NCBI GenBank assembly: GCA_976226885.1
Contig: OZ320317.1
Location: 55,986,001 to 56,050,000, forward strand
Source of the DNA: Iphione sp. A-MEVVRFRX5
Lineage: Eukaryota
DNA length: 64,000 nucleotides
Reading direction: 5' to 3'
The position numbers and the translations under genes are program-made. This document shows, one piece after another, positions 12,657 through 24,960 of the stretch (position 1 is its first letter; every line of letters starts with the position of its first letter). The notes beneath the pieces are model-generated. The model was not told the origin of the DNA and did not search any database. It saw nothing but the letters and a program-made list of their open reading frames with translations.

Positions 12657-14906
12657 TAGTCAGGAGCCACTTCCCAGAAAGAGCCCTCTAAAAATGTGTA
12701 AGGTATATTTGAGTAGAATTTGAAATACAGTTGATTTCATACAATTTGGGTGTGCTGAATCCAAATCTGTTGTATGTCAAGCTATATTTTCATTATTAAT
12801 TAATGCTACAGAGCTAAAAACAAAATGTTCATCAATCAGCTATTTATGTTGACAACTAACTACACATCCTAAAACATATGTGAATTGTCAAATTTGGGTA
12901 AATTTCAGTCAAGAAATCCATTTATGGAGTTATTTTAACAATCTAATGATATCTTGGCCTTCAGATCTGATATAGGACCTTCTCCTTCAGTTTCAGATGT
13001 AAATCTTATAATGATACAAAGGCCATGTTTGTAATCGAAAGTGATACTACAAATTTCATAAAGAGGCCAATGAATCAAGAAAACAAAAGGACACATCAGA
13101 TGAAACATGCATAAGAGAAAACATTTAATGATGTGATGTATTCTCCAAAAGAACCAAATTTGACAAACACAATACCTAAATTGGCCAACATAGCAACAAA
13201 GGACCAGGGCACAGAATCCTTAATGACAGCAGTAAAAGTTAGCCAAGAACACCTTCATTGTTTTGTTCAGGAGAGGTTGTTACAAGAGGAAGAAGGAAAA
13301 CAGTACAAATGATCTCATGAAACACTAGAGAGGCATGAATTCTTGACCTTTGCTAACCTTTATGAAGTTCTAAAATTTGATGAAACAGCAGTTGCAGTGA
13401 AAGCTGACAAGCTGAACCTGCAAAGGCTTATATCTTTTGAAGCAGGGAGGTAAATAGACCTAGCACAGATACTAAAACATGAACTACTTCCTGTTTCCAT
13501 AGGCTTCCCTAAAATGGATGGCACATTGAGAACTAGATAAGTCACTTCTCTTAGATGAACTATGCAAATGAATAACATGCAGTAGCAAAACATTTGTGCA
13601 TTTTGCTAGACAATGAATAGATCATGTATTCCAACATAAAAGTGATTATGGAAGGAGAGATGCTGTCTTTTACAGATATGAAGCATATTCAATTAAGGAA
13701 ATAACAAAAATGGGAGAGAAGGGCAAACAAACATGGATAATAGATGCCAGAGGTCATTGTGCTACACGATTGGCAAGGGATTCTTTGTGATCCTTCAAAG
13801 AAGGCTGATCATGCAAAATGATTGACAAATAAAATAATAAGGACTGCTCTTAGACAGAAATAGTGTAATCACAGATTTTTTTTATGCCAGAAGCAGCAGG
13901 TAAATGTTGCTGCCTTAAAGAGTACACATGAGGAGGCAGACATTTCCCTGAAACTATACTGCTTCAACAGAAATTCACCAGAGTAGTTGGAATCTTATGA
14001 CAAATGTCCAGAGCAATATCGCTAACCATGTATGCTTTGACAGTATCAGATACAACTTCATTTCTGGCTGGTCATACAAAGAAAATGAGACTGTATGTGT
14101 ACCTTCAGAATGCTGACCTTCTCTTAGACCTTCGGAAAGACGAGCTAACATAGGACACTATTGCACAATGTGAAAAATTTATAAACTTTACAAAATCCCC
14201 AGAATACAACTAACATAGTAAGGGTTGTGCTTTTCAGAACAGAAAACCTGAATACTTAACCACCAACAAGTGAAGTACTCATCCATCATTTTAAGAGAAG
14301 CCAGCTTCAAACTGTGATATGGTTGAAAGCAACTGTATCAAAAGATGTGCCATCCACTGTTGTAGTTGTTGAAAATCTAGATTGAAGTGTGCAGGTTTGT
14401 ATTGGTGTTAGTAACAGTATCTTAATATAGATATTAACATTACCATACAGGAAATCAGTAATTTGAAAACAACAGAACAATAGAATATCAGGACAACAGA
14501 GCCATGTGTAATCAATTTTGTGGCAAGAATGATACAGCTTTCCAGAATCTCTTACTTGCAAGTAAAATTTATCTTTGTAGAAAACATAGACAAAACACCA
14601 TCTTGGAATTGCAAGTCAGGATATTATCAGATTGTTATAATTACTCCATAAATGGATTCCTTGACTTAAATTAACCCCAATTTGACTATCCGTATGATTT
14701 TAGGTTATTTAGTTAACTAATCATAAATGCAAATGACTAATTTGACAGCCATTTTGTTTTTAGCTCTCCGGCATACAAAAAAAATACAGCTTGGCCTTTG
14801 GCATATTTAAACTCAGCTTATCCAAACTGTGTAAAATCAACTGTATGACAAATTCTAGTCTGAAATGTGTGAGCCATTTCGATTTTTCAAACATGGCTCC
14901 TGACTG
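12657..14906 (+). mobile_element. Internally deleted DNA transposon, Academ (AcademX)-like
   Basis: Terminal inverted repeats tagtcaggagcca (12657-12669) / tggctcctgactg (14894-14906), plus subterminal inverted repeats at about 12714-12762 / 14810-14858. The degraded ORF has FVQERLL, IDLAQILKHELLPVSI (13454-13501) and LKSTHEEADI (13915-13944, XPG-like HEEAD motif). The superfamily assignment is from recalled motifs. Confidence 0.65.
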
Positions 14907-16006
14907 AAATGTCATATTCAGCAAGAACTTTATAAAGATGAACATGATAAACTTCTATAGGCCTGTACGAAGTGGGAATGAAATGCATTTTGAACTTTGG
15001 AGTCATACAGGAAGTTGGTTTAATATGCTGATGTGGGGTTGTGGAATAATTCTCAAAGGAATTATGCCTCCAGAAACATACTGCAAAGTTTAAAGGACCC
15101 TTAAAAAGACATTTATTTAATTGTTACATAAGCCTTAACTTCAGAATCTTATAAGAGAAAAGAAGACAAACTATCGCTGCAAATGACCAAAAAGATAAAA
15201 CCAAGAAACCAACAGGTGCTCGGATGACAACTGCAATTTATTGTATGTATAACATGATGGCAAGAATGCATGAGATAGACTGTTAACAATAACACCTTAA
15301 GAGTTTTTTTAAATCTTTATTTTCACTGGATCAGTATAGAATGTATGTTTTTCCAGCTTGGGTATCAACATAGTTCTTGAAAATGATATGAGATGAGATG
15401 GAAATTGTAATTATAATTAGGGAAGAATAACAAAATGTGTTCAGGAAAAGAATTTACAATATTACATTGCTCTATACTTCATAATCTAACACTACTAGTG
15501 ACATTTATTGCAATTAAAATCTGATATTATAATTTTAATTTGGTCTGATGTTTTGGATTCTTAAGTTATAGAATATTGATGATCACTACTTATAATTATC
15601 ACTCAATAGTTTACAGTTAAGATAGAAAACCCAACCTAGACAAATGACCCCCCAACCGCCTTGTCTATGTGTGCAGATCTGGCTGCAGCAACAGTGCCCC
15701 ATACAGCCCTACATCATTACCTACCAAATCCACGTACTTTAGGCTAAAGAAACAATTTGGCACTAAAAGCATGACACAGTTTTGAAAAACATGTCACATC
15801 ATAAGACATCATAAGTACTAGGTAATAGGTGATAGCTCACCAGAAAACAATATAATCCCAAACATGCACCCGAGATTTCAATGTACCTCGACACAGCGGC
15901 AGTGCCCCATGTGTCAGTACACCTCCAATGGTGACTTTTACACCCTAGCCCACCTTATACGAGAGTTGTAATTCCCTTCCTAAACCCTAAACCTTCCTTT
16001 TGAGTT

Positions 16007-16209
16007 GTTCACAGATAACCGGTTATTTCCGTTTTGCGTTCACACACGGGGATGGGTTTTCTCCCAGCCCTGCCATACTGATGTACTAGTTCACATATAG
16101 GGGGATTTTTCCACATCCACGTGCGGACATGGATTTCTATCCATGAAATATGGAAAAATCCACACCCGGATGCCGATTCCATAGAACATAATGGTATGCA
16201 GACCATATG
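16007..16209 (+). repeat. Dispersed repeat, copy 1 (gttcaca-starting MITE-like family)
   Basis: Colinear with 58931-59133: ccgg(t/a)tatttccgtt, ttccatagaa and tgcagaccatatg are shared. Confidence 0.65.
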
Positions 16210-19200
16210 GAGTTACTTAAAAGCAAGCTCTGCGGGGGGTTTTCTCCGGACCCACATGCGGGGACGTAACTTTTTGTCAGGATGTATGTGAACAAAGCCT
16301 TATCTAGTAACCAACGCCCCCTCCCGCCCCCGGGACCAACACAACCTCCTTGAAAGTGTTCGTATTTGGAAAGTGACCAGGATAACATAGTGTCCAACTT
16401 TGTAACCATGTCACCTCCGGAAAATTTGAGATCTGTATACTGAGCAGAAGATTTAACTGATGTATAGTTTCTTTACAATTTCTTAGGTGTTGTTCACCTT
16501 TGGAAAATATCTCCCGGTCGGTTTGTTGATCGGGTTGCACCTGTCAGGAAGCTTGGATGCTGTTTTACTATCCCTCCGCCAGTTGGACGGTTGGTGGCCT
16601 GACACCAAGAATTTAGACTGTCCGTTGCGGGTTTGCGCAGCTGCCATTTTGGCAAACCGGTCGATGGAGGGGGGGGGGGCGGCGCAGGTGCTGGTTCGCT
16701 TGGTAGACGAGTTTGGATATCTTTTTAGTACCCACTTGCTACCTGGACGAGAGATTATCATACACAACTGTTATGCCATCAACATCAGCCACTTGTTTGT
16801 AATAGGTGAGGTGTGAAGAGCCATTAAGTGTTGAAGAGGTCGTGATTGGTGGCGATATGACCCAACGAGCTGATTAGTAGATTCAAATATGTAAGAGAAA
16901 CGACTGGTTGAAAAGGCCCACTTCTGTGTACATTTTGTCTATGGCTTCATGCGTGGCGCATGGTGCGCAGCTTATCGCCTACATCGCATATTCTTAAGAG
17001 TTTCAGAGCTGCTTTCATGCCTCTTACATTGTTGAGGTGTAGCAGTGCTTCAGACCAGACGTACAGTCCACCTCACTATGTGGCACACCAGACACAGAGC
17101 TAGTCGACCTCTCCGTGCGTAGTATGCTGCTTACACTAATGTACGTCTCCAATCGGCCTGTCCCTATCTCTAGTTTCTTTTAGTTGATACCAGCTCCAGA
17201 TGTTTGAATCGATTATCTGTCCAAGCGCATCGTACCTGAACTATACAAGCGTGTACATGTACATAGATAGCAGTAGATATATGACATGGGGGGGGGGTAG
17301 TTATTGGCGAGCTGTCGAGAAATATTATTGGCAATATATAGGCAGTATGCACCTGCGGATGGAGACCAATTTTTCAGTTTCACAGGCCATTACTCATACG
17401 AGTGCTAAAGTAAATGAATGACTCAACTGCCGGATGGAGTAAGTACTTTTTATCTCACTCCGGACATTGCAGTGATTGAATGTCTATATGAAATACATGC
17501 AAGAAAAGACCATAACCGGGGGAATAATTTCTAAAACGAATAATTAGGTGAATAATTGTAGGTTGAGGGTGGGAGGGAACAGACCAACACGCGAGAGAGA
17601 GGACGAGCCCTGTGAGATGCGTTATTCATATACTCCTAAGGTGGGAGGGGGTAAATGAATAAGACGCCCTCTCTCGCAATCACTTGCCACCCCAGGTGCC
17701 GCCACACTTTCATACCAGTTGTAGGCACTCTCATACCAGTTGTAGGCAGAAGGCTAACTGACAGTCTATAAGTATCATTGCCTATTTAAGCGCATCTTGA
17801 AAAACGAGAAAAATCTAACCAAAAGACGTAACTGTACACATGCAAAACGTTTGTGCAATCAAATTTTTAATTGATTTACACCCTAGACGCTACCAATTAC
17901 TTCGGAAGATTTTCCCTCTTTGATCATCAGTACCACCTGTTAGCCTCTACGTCAGTAATTGCTATCTCTGAAGTCACAAATGAATACATTGTAGAATACC
18001 AAAGTAATCGTATATGTCAACAACCGATAAATACTTGACAACCTGGCACCTTATGCGAATTAACAATGTTTGTTTCCAGCTATGCTAGTGGGACTACTAA
18101 TTGGTGCCTTAAGTGGTAGCTTTGCCACCTTTGCCCTTGAGGCCCCCAAAACGAAGCCTTTGGAGTGACATCGTGGTACTTGTTCAATCCACTGGCCAAT
18201 CTGGCGCCCTGTTCCTTTGTACGAATGCCATCATCCCACCCCCACCTCTCCCCCTCCCCCGAGATCGGCAGCGCAAGTACTGTTTACCTTGTGTTATATT
18301 TATAGCGACGGCTGGCCTCTGATTAACGGGGCCGGAATTAGCCCCGTCCGCCGTGCCGTGTGAGATAGACTCTACGGTGACGTAGATGGCGGCAAGCCGA
18401 GGGTCCTTACACACAGACATACCCACACACATATTTGCATGCGCACACACGTGAACGACACAAATGGAAGAACACGTAAATCGAAGCGGGCATGCACTCA
18501 CACAGATACACACACCTGCAAACTGACGCAACCACACATCCATCACAGCTCCATGGCAGACTTATTAAGCAGCAGTTAAGGCGATAAATGAGAAATCGCA
18601 TTTACAATGACATACCGGAATATACATCAGACAGACCATACGCCCTTTCTCCATCCCCAACTCATCCAACACACAGCAGCTCCTACAACCGAGTAAACAT
18701 TCAGTATGCATAGGATACACACACACTCCGACGAAAATCTTCCTCGGCAGGTTTTATACATCTCACCAAGGGCAATTGCGTACATAGTACACACAGATTC
18801 ACAAGCGTATGTGTCAATACAGTGATCCACAATGCAGCACTTTCGCACGACAGATTAGTAATGACCAAATTTTACTTGGCTGGAAGATTTTAATTGGAGG
18901 ATTTTAACACCTGCTTCAACAGATATATTAAGTGAGTCACACAGAAGACAACCAACGTCACAAATAATGAGCAAGCTTAAAATATCCGAACTAAGACATT
19001 CCTGAGTAGACACAGGCAGAGAAGCAACGGAACAGACACACCCCGTCAGGTATTCCTTCTTCCTGAACGCACAGGTACAAACGCATTTTGGCGGCCTTAC
19101 ACCACTCCGCCACGTATAAACAAACATTCTGAGATGAAAGCAGATCTACTGGGTGGTCGGAGATCAGAGGTTACATTTGACGCAAAAAAGATCTCTTATA

Positions 19201-20815
19201 GTTGTGTGAAAGCCCAGGTACATGTATCTGTCTATGTATAGAGAAGGTGCTGCTTACATATTTGTTATTTACAGAATTGAAATCACGATTGCCCGTGGGA
19301 CTCAGCACTTCTGAAGTTGGTTTTAACTGCCTGTTGCCGTCTTCCACCCTGAGACATTCACAATCACCGTGTTCATTTTCCAGCCGCCATATCTTTTTGA
19401 TTCCTCGCGTCTGTCTCGTGAAGCCATGTCTGCCTCTTATCGATCTCTGCTTATCCTTACTCTCCAAGCTGTACGTTTTGTCTTCGGTCTTGCTTCTGGT
19501 CCCAGTACTCTTTGTTCGTTGTTCGCTCTCTGCCTCCTTCCATCTTCATACTCCCCCTGTAACAAACCTGTCTTGGTGTTTTTATTGGTCCCCAATTTCC
19601 TCCACTGTCCTCTCCCTGCCTCTAACTCCTTCCCTCCCTTTCACACGCCCTCTTACAGGTTTTCCCTTTCCTCCCTCTCGCCGTATTGCCTTACAGCTCT
19701 ATTTTTTCTTCTGCTTGTGTATATCGCCGAACTTACTCTGTTGCCGTTCCTCCATTGCTCTTCCTTGGAGCCCTATAGCTAACAGACTGGGACCTAAACA
19801 CGCGCTGGTTAGGGTGTCGATTCTTCTTCACCGTAGTAAACACTCGCAGCTCAACAACAGCATTATGCCCGACAGCGACCTCTTTGTGATGTTATAGGAA
19901 CTAGCCGCTAACCTCTGAAACCTTTTTACTCTCGGCTTAGGCTGAGTAGCATGTAGGATGAGTCAGGGGCATAGTCTACACACTCTTGCTGCTAGGGCCA
20001 TCTGGCGGCGGCCACCTAACGCCGCCCTGGCGGCCGATTACAGTGGTTTCATCATCATCACGTAGAAGCAGTACGACACGGCACAAGGGCGGTATGACCT
20101 GTCACATGGGACCCTTTCGTAAGATAGACCAGAATTAAATGACTTTATGCAGCAGTGAACAGTCTCAGGTGGGATGCTAAAGGCACATTTACCAGTTTTG
20201 TCCTTTAGCAATATGCCTAGGGTAGTGTTTAATACAGTGGTGCAGAAAGAGTGCAAGGGAATTAAATGTCGTAATTCTGTAAAGCTGCAGCAGTGCTTTC
20301 TAACCGGGACAGCTTCGAGTGAAGTAGAGGCAGTTTTCATTTTCATTGGTTATGTCCAGGTAAAATACTACTGAGCCGGGTCATACTCACGCTTGATTAA
20401 AACCGCACTATAACGACTGCAGAGAGACTCGTGAAGCCTTGACTCACGAACTTGTATAGCACTGACCCAAGACTTAACGTAACCTTTTCCCTGACCTTAT
20501 ACAATCCTGATCTTAAGGACTGACGCAGTCTGAGGAATTATTGAACCATCGATCCAGACAGCCCTGCACATAATGCCATATGTTACAAGCCAACCTGCGC
20601 GCAGGTATTTGTAGATCCCCTAAAGGTGATTTTAAATGGCATTTTCTACTTGATTCGTGTTTCTGTTGAGTGTTGTGTGAATCTCTTGTCTTCTCTAGCT
20701 TAACTTGTGAAACGCCTTTGATGTTTTGTGAATAGTGTACAGTACAAATAGATAAACAGTGAAACGAGTAAGCAGTTTTTAATTGTAAAATCCCTCTGCT
20801 CTCTGCTCCCAACAG

Positions 20816-21046
20816 ATCGCAACTTTATCATCGCAAATGCGAAGGTGGAGAACATACCCATCATATTCTGCAACGATGGCTTTTGTGACTTATGTGGCTA
20901 CTCCCGGGCAGAGGTCATGCAGAAGAGCTGCTCGTGCGACATGCTGCACGGCCCGCTCACCACCTCCTACGCCATCCGCCAGATCAAAGAGGCACTCGCC
21001 GGCTCCGAGGAGAAGCAAGTTGAGGTTTTATATTACAAGAAGGACG
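20816..21046 (+). CDS. KCNH2: ERG-type KCNH K+ channel, PAS-domain exon (homolog of hERG exon 2)
   Basis: Acceptor ctctgctcccaacag|AT and donor ACG|gtgagt; 231 nt, phase 1-1. Encodes [76 protein letters not shown]. This aligns without gaps to h[49 protein letters not shown]...EERKVEIAFYRKD. The symbol is used for the KCNH2/6/7 co-ortholog. Confidence 0.96.
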
Positions 21047-22085
21047 GTGAGTGCCAGCTGCTACTTGATTTATTGTACATATGAAGAGATCTTTCTGGTC
21101 ATGCGGTCATGTGTAAAACGCACTGGCCCTGACCTTCGGTGGTGTACATGTATTTACATTTATATCCGCATATTATGTGATCGTGTAGAAAGATCTGTGT
21201 ACGTGGAATTTCACAGGGAGGATTTTCAGGTAGTACATTAATACTCTTGCTGTACACTCAGGCTATTTGATCAAGTCAGAAATCCACCCTTTATTCAGAT
21301 AGGTTTCTCTAAGAATAGGATTGGTTCTAATAGAACATGTATAAGCATTGATTGGGGTTTCCCAAAATTAGCAAGTTCAGGCATCACAGACAGACAGACA
21401 GACAGACAGGGATAAAGACAGGCACCTCATTCTGTATACAAGTGCGAGTTGGTACTTGGACTGGTCTAGATTTCTGTTTGCACATCCATCTGCATTTGCG
21501 TCTGGAAAATATGATAATGCAATGGGAGATTCGTGTGTGCATTCTGTGTATCTGTTACGAGAGTACACCTAAAAACAAGCTGATCTTACCTGTGAGCTTG
21601 AGCTCGGTAGAATACACTGACGTTTTACTCCACGTTGAAGTGTATGACGCCGCTCTGTGTAGTTTGGGAGAACGCCGTGGGTGACCTTGGAAAGACAAGT
21701 GGAGGTTGGCAGGAGACACCAATGCAGGTCGCATTGGCCACTACACTGCACTGTGATGCCAAAGTCTGACTCCTGAATGGTCATTTATTCAAATTTCTAG
21801 TCTTCATTTTCTTTAGTATTGCTTTGTTGAATTGAATTGAATTGATTTTTATTAGCCAATCTCCGTGGAATACACAAAGCTCTCCTTGGTTAATAAGAAA
21901 AAAAAAAATAGCATAGAAAGACACAATAATTACACAGACGACATATCAGAGTTAGAGGAATGATTATACATGCAACTCACTAGACAAGCATACGGAACGA
22001 CACGATGCAGCAGTGACAAATGCAGGCGGAACGACAAGTTTACAGACATGGTGCACAACAGGCATTACAACTTGTAGACTAGATC

Positions 22086-22715
22086 CACTAGAGGGACAGG
22101 CAATTACGTGAGTGTAGCAGGTTATGACAAATCTGTTAGGCAATAGTACATCAGGCAGGGCACAGTGTAAAGCACTTATCCAGACACAAAAAAACAGCAG
22201 TACAGTAGCAGGTACAGCACACGTACAATACACCATAATGACATAGTCACGTTGATCATAACATGCATGCTAACATTAGACTGACAAGTAGGCAAGACAA
22301 AAATACAGATTAAGTGTGCTAGCATTGGCAGATCATATCAGTGAGGGGATATGCATTATTGTGACTGCCTTCAGCCGGGGCATGCACATAATCTGCTGAG
22401 CCGCTTTGGTCAGAACTAATCGGTACCCACTGTGCGGTTAATTGTGATCATAGAGATTTGAATGCCAGGCTTAACTATGCCAGTCGTAATGAGTCCCATG
22501 TCACAGATTCCCTAGACTGGCTATGTGGGAATAATCCCACCATATCCCTCACATTCCACATAGACTGAATGGCTACACATCCCCCAGATACCCTATCCCC
22601 TACCATCGAGGAACACTAGAGGGGCAGGCATTAATGTTAGTATTGCAGGTTACAACATCTAGGTTAGGTGTCAGTACAACTGGCTGGGCACAGTGCATAT
22701 CACTTATCCTGACAC
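22086..22715 (+). repeat. Pair of 102-bp diverged direct repeats (22086-22187 and 22614-22715)
   Basis: Ungapped alignment cactagaggg(a/g)caggca...gcaggtta...gggcacagtg...cacttatcc(a/t)gacac. Confidence 0.75.
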
Positions 22716-23029
22716 ACTAGACAGAAGAGCTTCAGACTACCGTACAATTTTCACATCCATATTCCCCCCCCAGAGATCCACTGTAAGGAGGCCTAGCAGA
22801 TTGCCCTACCCTTATCATGGCTTGGCCGATCAGGCCGCACATGTATGGTGCCCAAGGGTGCCACTCAGGTCGGGTTCTCCAAGAAGCGTTTCAAGGGACC
22901 AGTTGTCACAGACATTCTGATTTCCTTAGGGAGCCTGTTTCAGCTGGTTAGTTAATGATTGAGGCTAATTTAAAACTTCTAATGAGGAGGTAGCAATCCT
23001 TTTTGTTCAAGCGTGTGTGGCTGCAACCC

Positions 23030-23900
23030 TACTTCCACTGGCATGTAAAATACTAAAGGAGATAGTGTATCAATAAACTACCAGGATTCCTTGATATAAA
23101 GAACCTCTTATCCGCAGATCAGTATGGATTCAGGAAGTGTTGAAATACAGGGGATGCAATCCACAATGTTTTTCGTAATGCTTATAATGATCTCAATTTA
23201 AATAAACCTAGAAAGTGTAATATTTGTGGATCTAAGCAAAGCATTTGAAGCAGTTTGTCATGAAACGCTACTCGTAATACATATATTAAAATCTCTATTC
23301 AGATTTGACGATTTTACTGACAGAAGTCAATTCTGTTTCATAAATAGCATTAAGTTGCAAACAAGACCAATAAGTACAGGAGTTCGTCAAAATTCTATCT
23401 TAGGACCACTTTTGTTCTCTCTATTCATTAATGCCAAAAATATCACTGGCCTGGTCACTCTATTTGCTAATTATACCCTAGTATGCTTACCTGACAAAAC
23501 TAATGCTACCATGAGTGACAAAACACAATCAGCTTGTAGTGAGATCCAGCAGTGGTGCATAAAGAATCTGTTTTTAATAAATAGTAAGAAAACTAAGATC
23601 ATGCATGTACCTTCAATGAGAAAAGAGAAAACCAAACCTGTAAATTCTTCAGGGGAAAGACTAAACCTGTAAATATGAATATTAAATTAAATGGGGACCT
23701 AATAAAATATGTGGATAGCTATAAGTACCTTGGAATCCTGTTTGATAATAGGTTGGTATTTGATGGAGAATCAAACAGATCCCTCAACAAGGCTCCTGGT
23801 ATCACTAAAATGGTTTATAGAATGCGTAAAACAGGTAATACAAATGATTTGTTAATATATATAAAACCCTAATAAGGTCACATGTTGATACTCAATTACT
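23030..23900 (+). mobile_element. CR1/L2-group LINE reverse transcriptase remnant
   Basis: Frameshifted RT motifs: QYGFR (23120-23134), DLSKAF, STGVRQNSILGPLLFSLFIN, LFAN, WCIKN...INSKKTKIM and YKYLGILFDNRL. Confidence 0.9.
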
Positions 23901-24559
23901 AAATAAAATCCAAAATAAAGTCTTTTCTATCATTGCTTCTACTGAGAAAAATAATGTAATGTTCTGTTACAATAAAGAATGGCATAATTGACCTGTCGAT
24001 TGAAGTCGATTGAAGCCAGGTGGCACCCGTGAATATGACCTATATACACTAGACCTCGACAAGGGTTTACAGTCTCTACTCATTCTATGTAAAATATGTC
24101 ACTTTGACCTGCTCTAGTTCACTTATTTCTCCATAGAATTCCTTGAGAATTTGAGTGAATAATCTTTAATACCTTACCTATATATATGCCAAACCATTTT
24201 CTCTTACCTTCTACAGTTTTTCTTAAAATAGCAGAAGAATCATCACCCTGTAAATTCTAGACAATCAGGTAAGCCACATGGCAATGTTTGCCGAGGTAGG
24301 ACTGTCACTGCCCATGTGCAGAGCGCAAGTTGCTAGGGGAACAGGCCATGCCTCTTCCTGTTTAGTAAAATATGTTGCGTTGTAATGCAATAATCAACAG
24401 GTCCATTTGATAAGCTTCAGAGTACTCATATGAGAAAGAAGCAGTTCACATTCTTACTCATTCATAATGCCGTACATAGCAACATACTAGAGTGTAAATA
24501 AGTAATTTAATGAGGGAAGAACTCTACATATAAATATGCCTAAAAACAATAGAATAAAG

Positions 24560-24960
24560 AACTCAATTTATTACTGTGAACTTGTACAGTGGCATAAATT
24601 GGACACTTTTCATAGAAATGTTTCATCTGTGCAAGAATTCAAAAGAGCTCCAATTTATTTTGTCCTCCTTAATAAATACAACTACTAAAATATTTAATAT
24701 GGCATTGGCATTCATCATATACCACACTGCAACATTGCTCTCCATTTCACACCACAAACATTTGCTGTCACCAATCGAAGAAACAGTTATCATCATCATT
24801 TTGTCTCTATTTGTAGTTATTTCTAATTTAAGCAACATTATAAAAGTGATACACCATGAATTGTAATATTCCACACTGTGAAATTCATCCCAAAGAGACA
24901 ACGAGTTGGAATAAAATCTTATCTTATCTGTATGGCTGCTCAAATAAAGAAATCTTGTTT
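24560..24960 (-). mobile_element. L1/Tx1-like LINE ORF2 3' remnant
   Basis: Minus-strand peptide IGDSKCLWCEMESN resembles the C-terminal zinc-finger region of L1/Tx1 ORF2; AT-rich and degraded. Confidence 0.45.

Noticed and set aside
19202-19897. 231-aa ORF, and similar L/S/P/F-rich ORFs at 10930-11295, 38152-38580, 55802-56194 and 62553-62941
   Set aside because: These come from pyrimidine-rich low-complexity strands that lack stops. Some are probably antisense to decayed retroelements, and none has recognisable domains.
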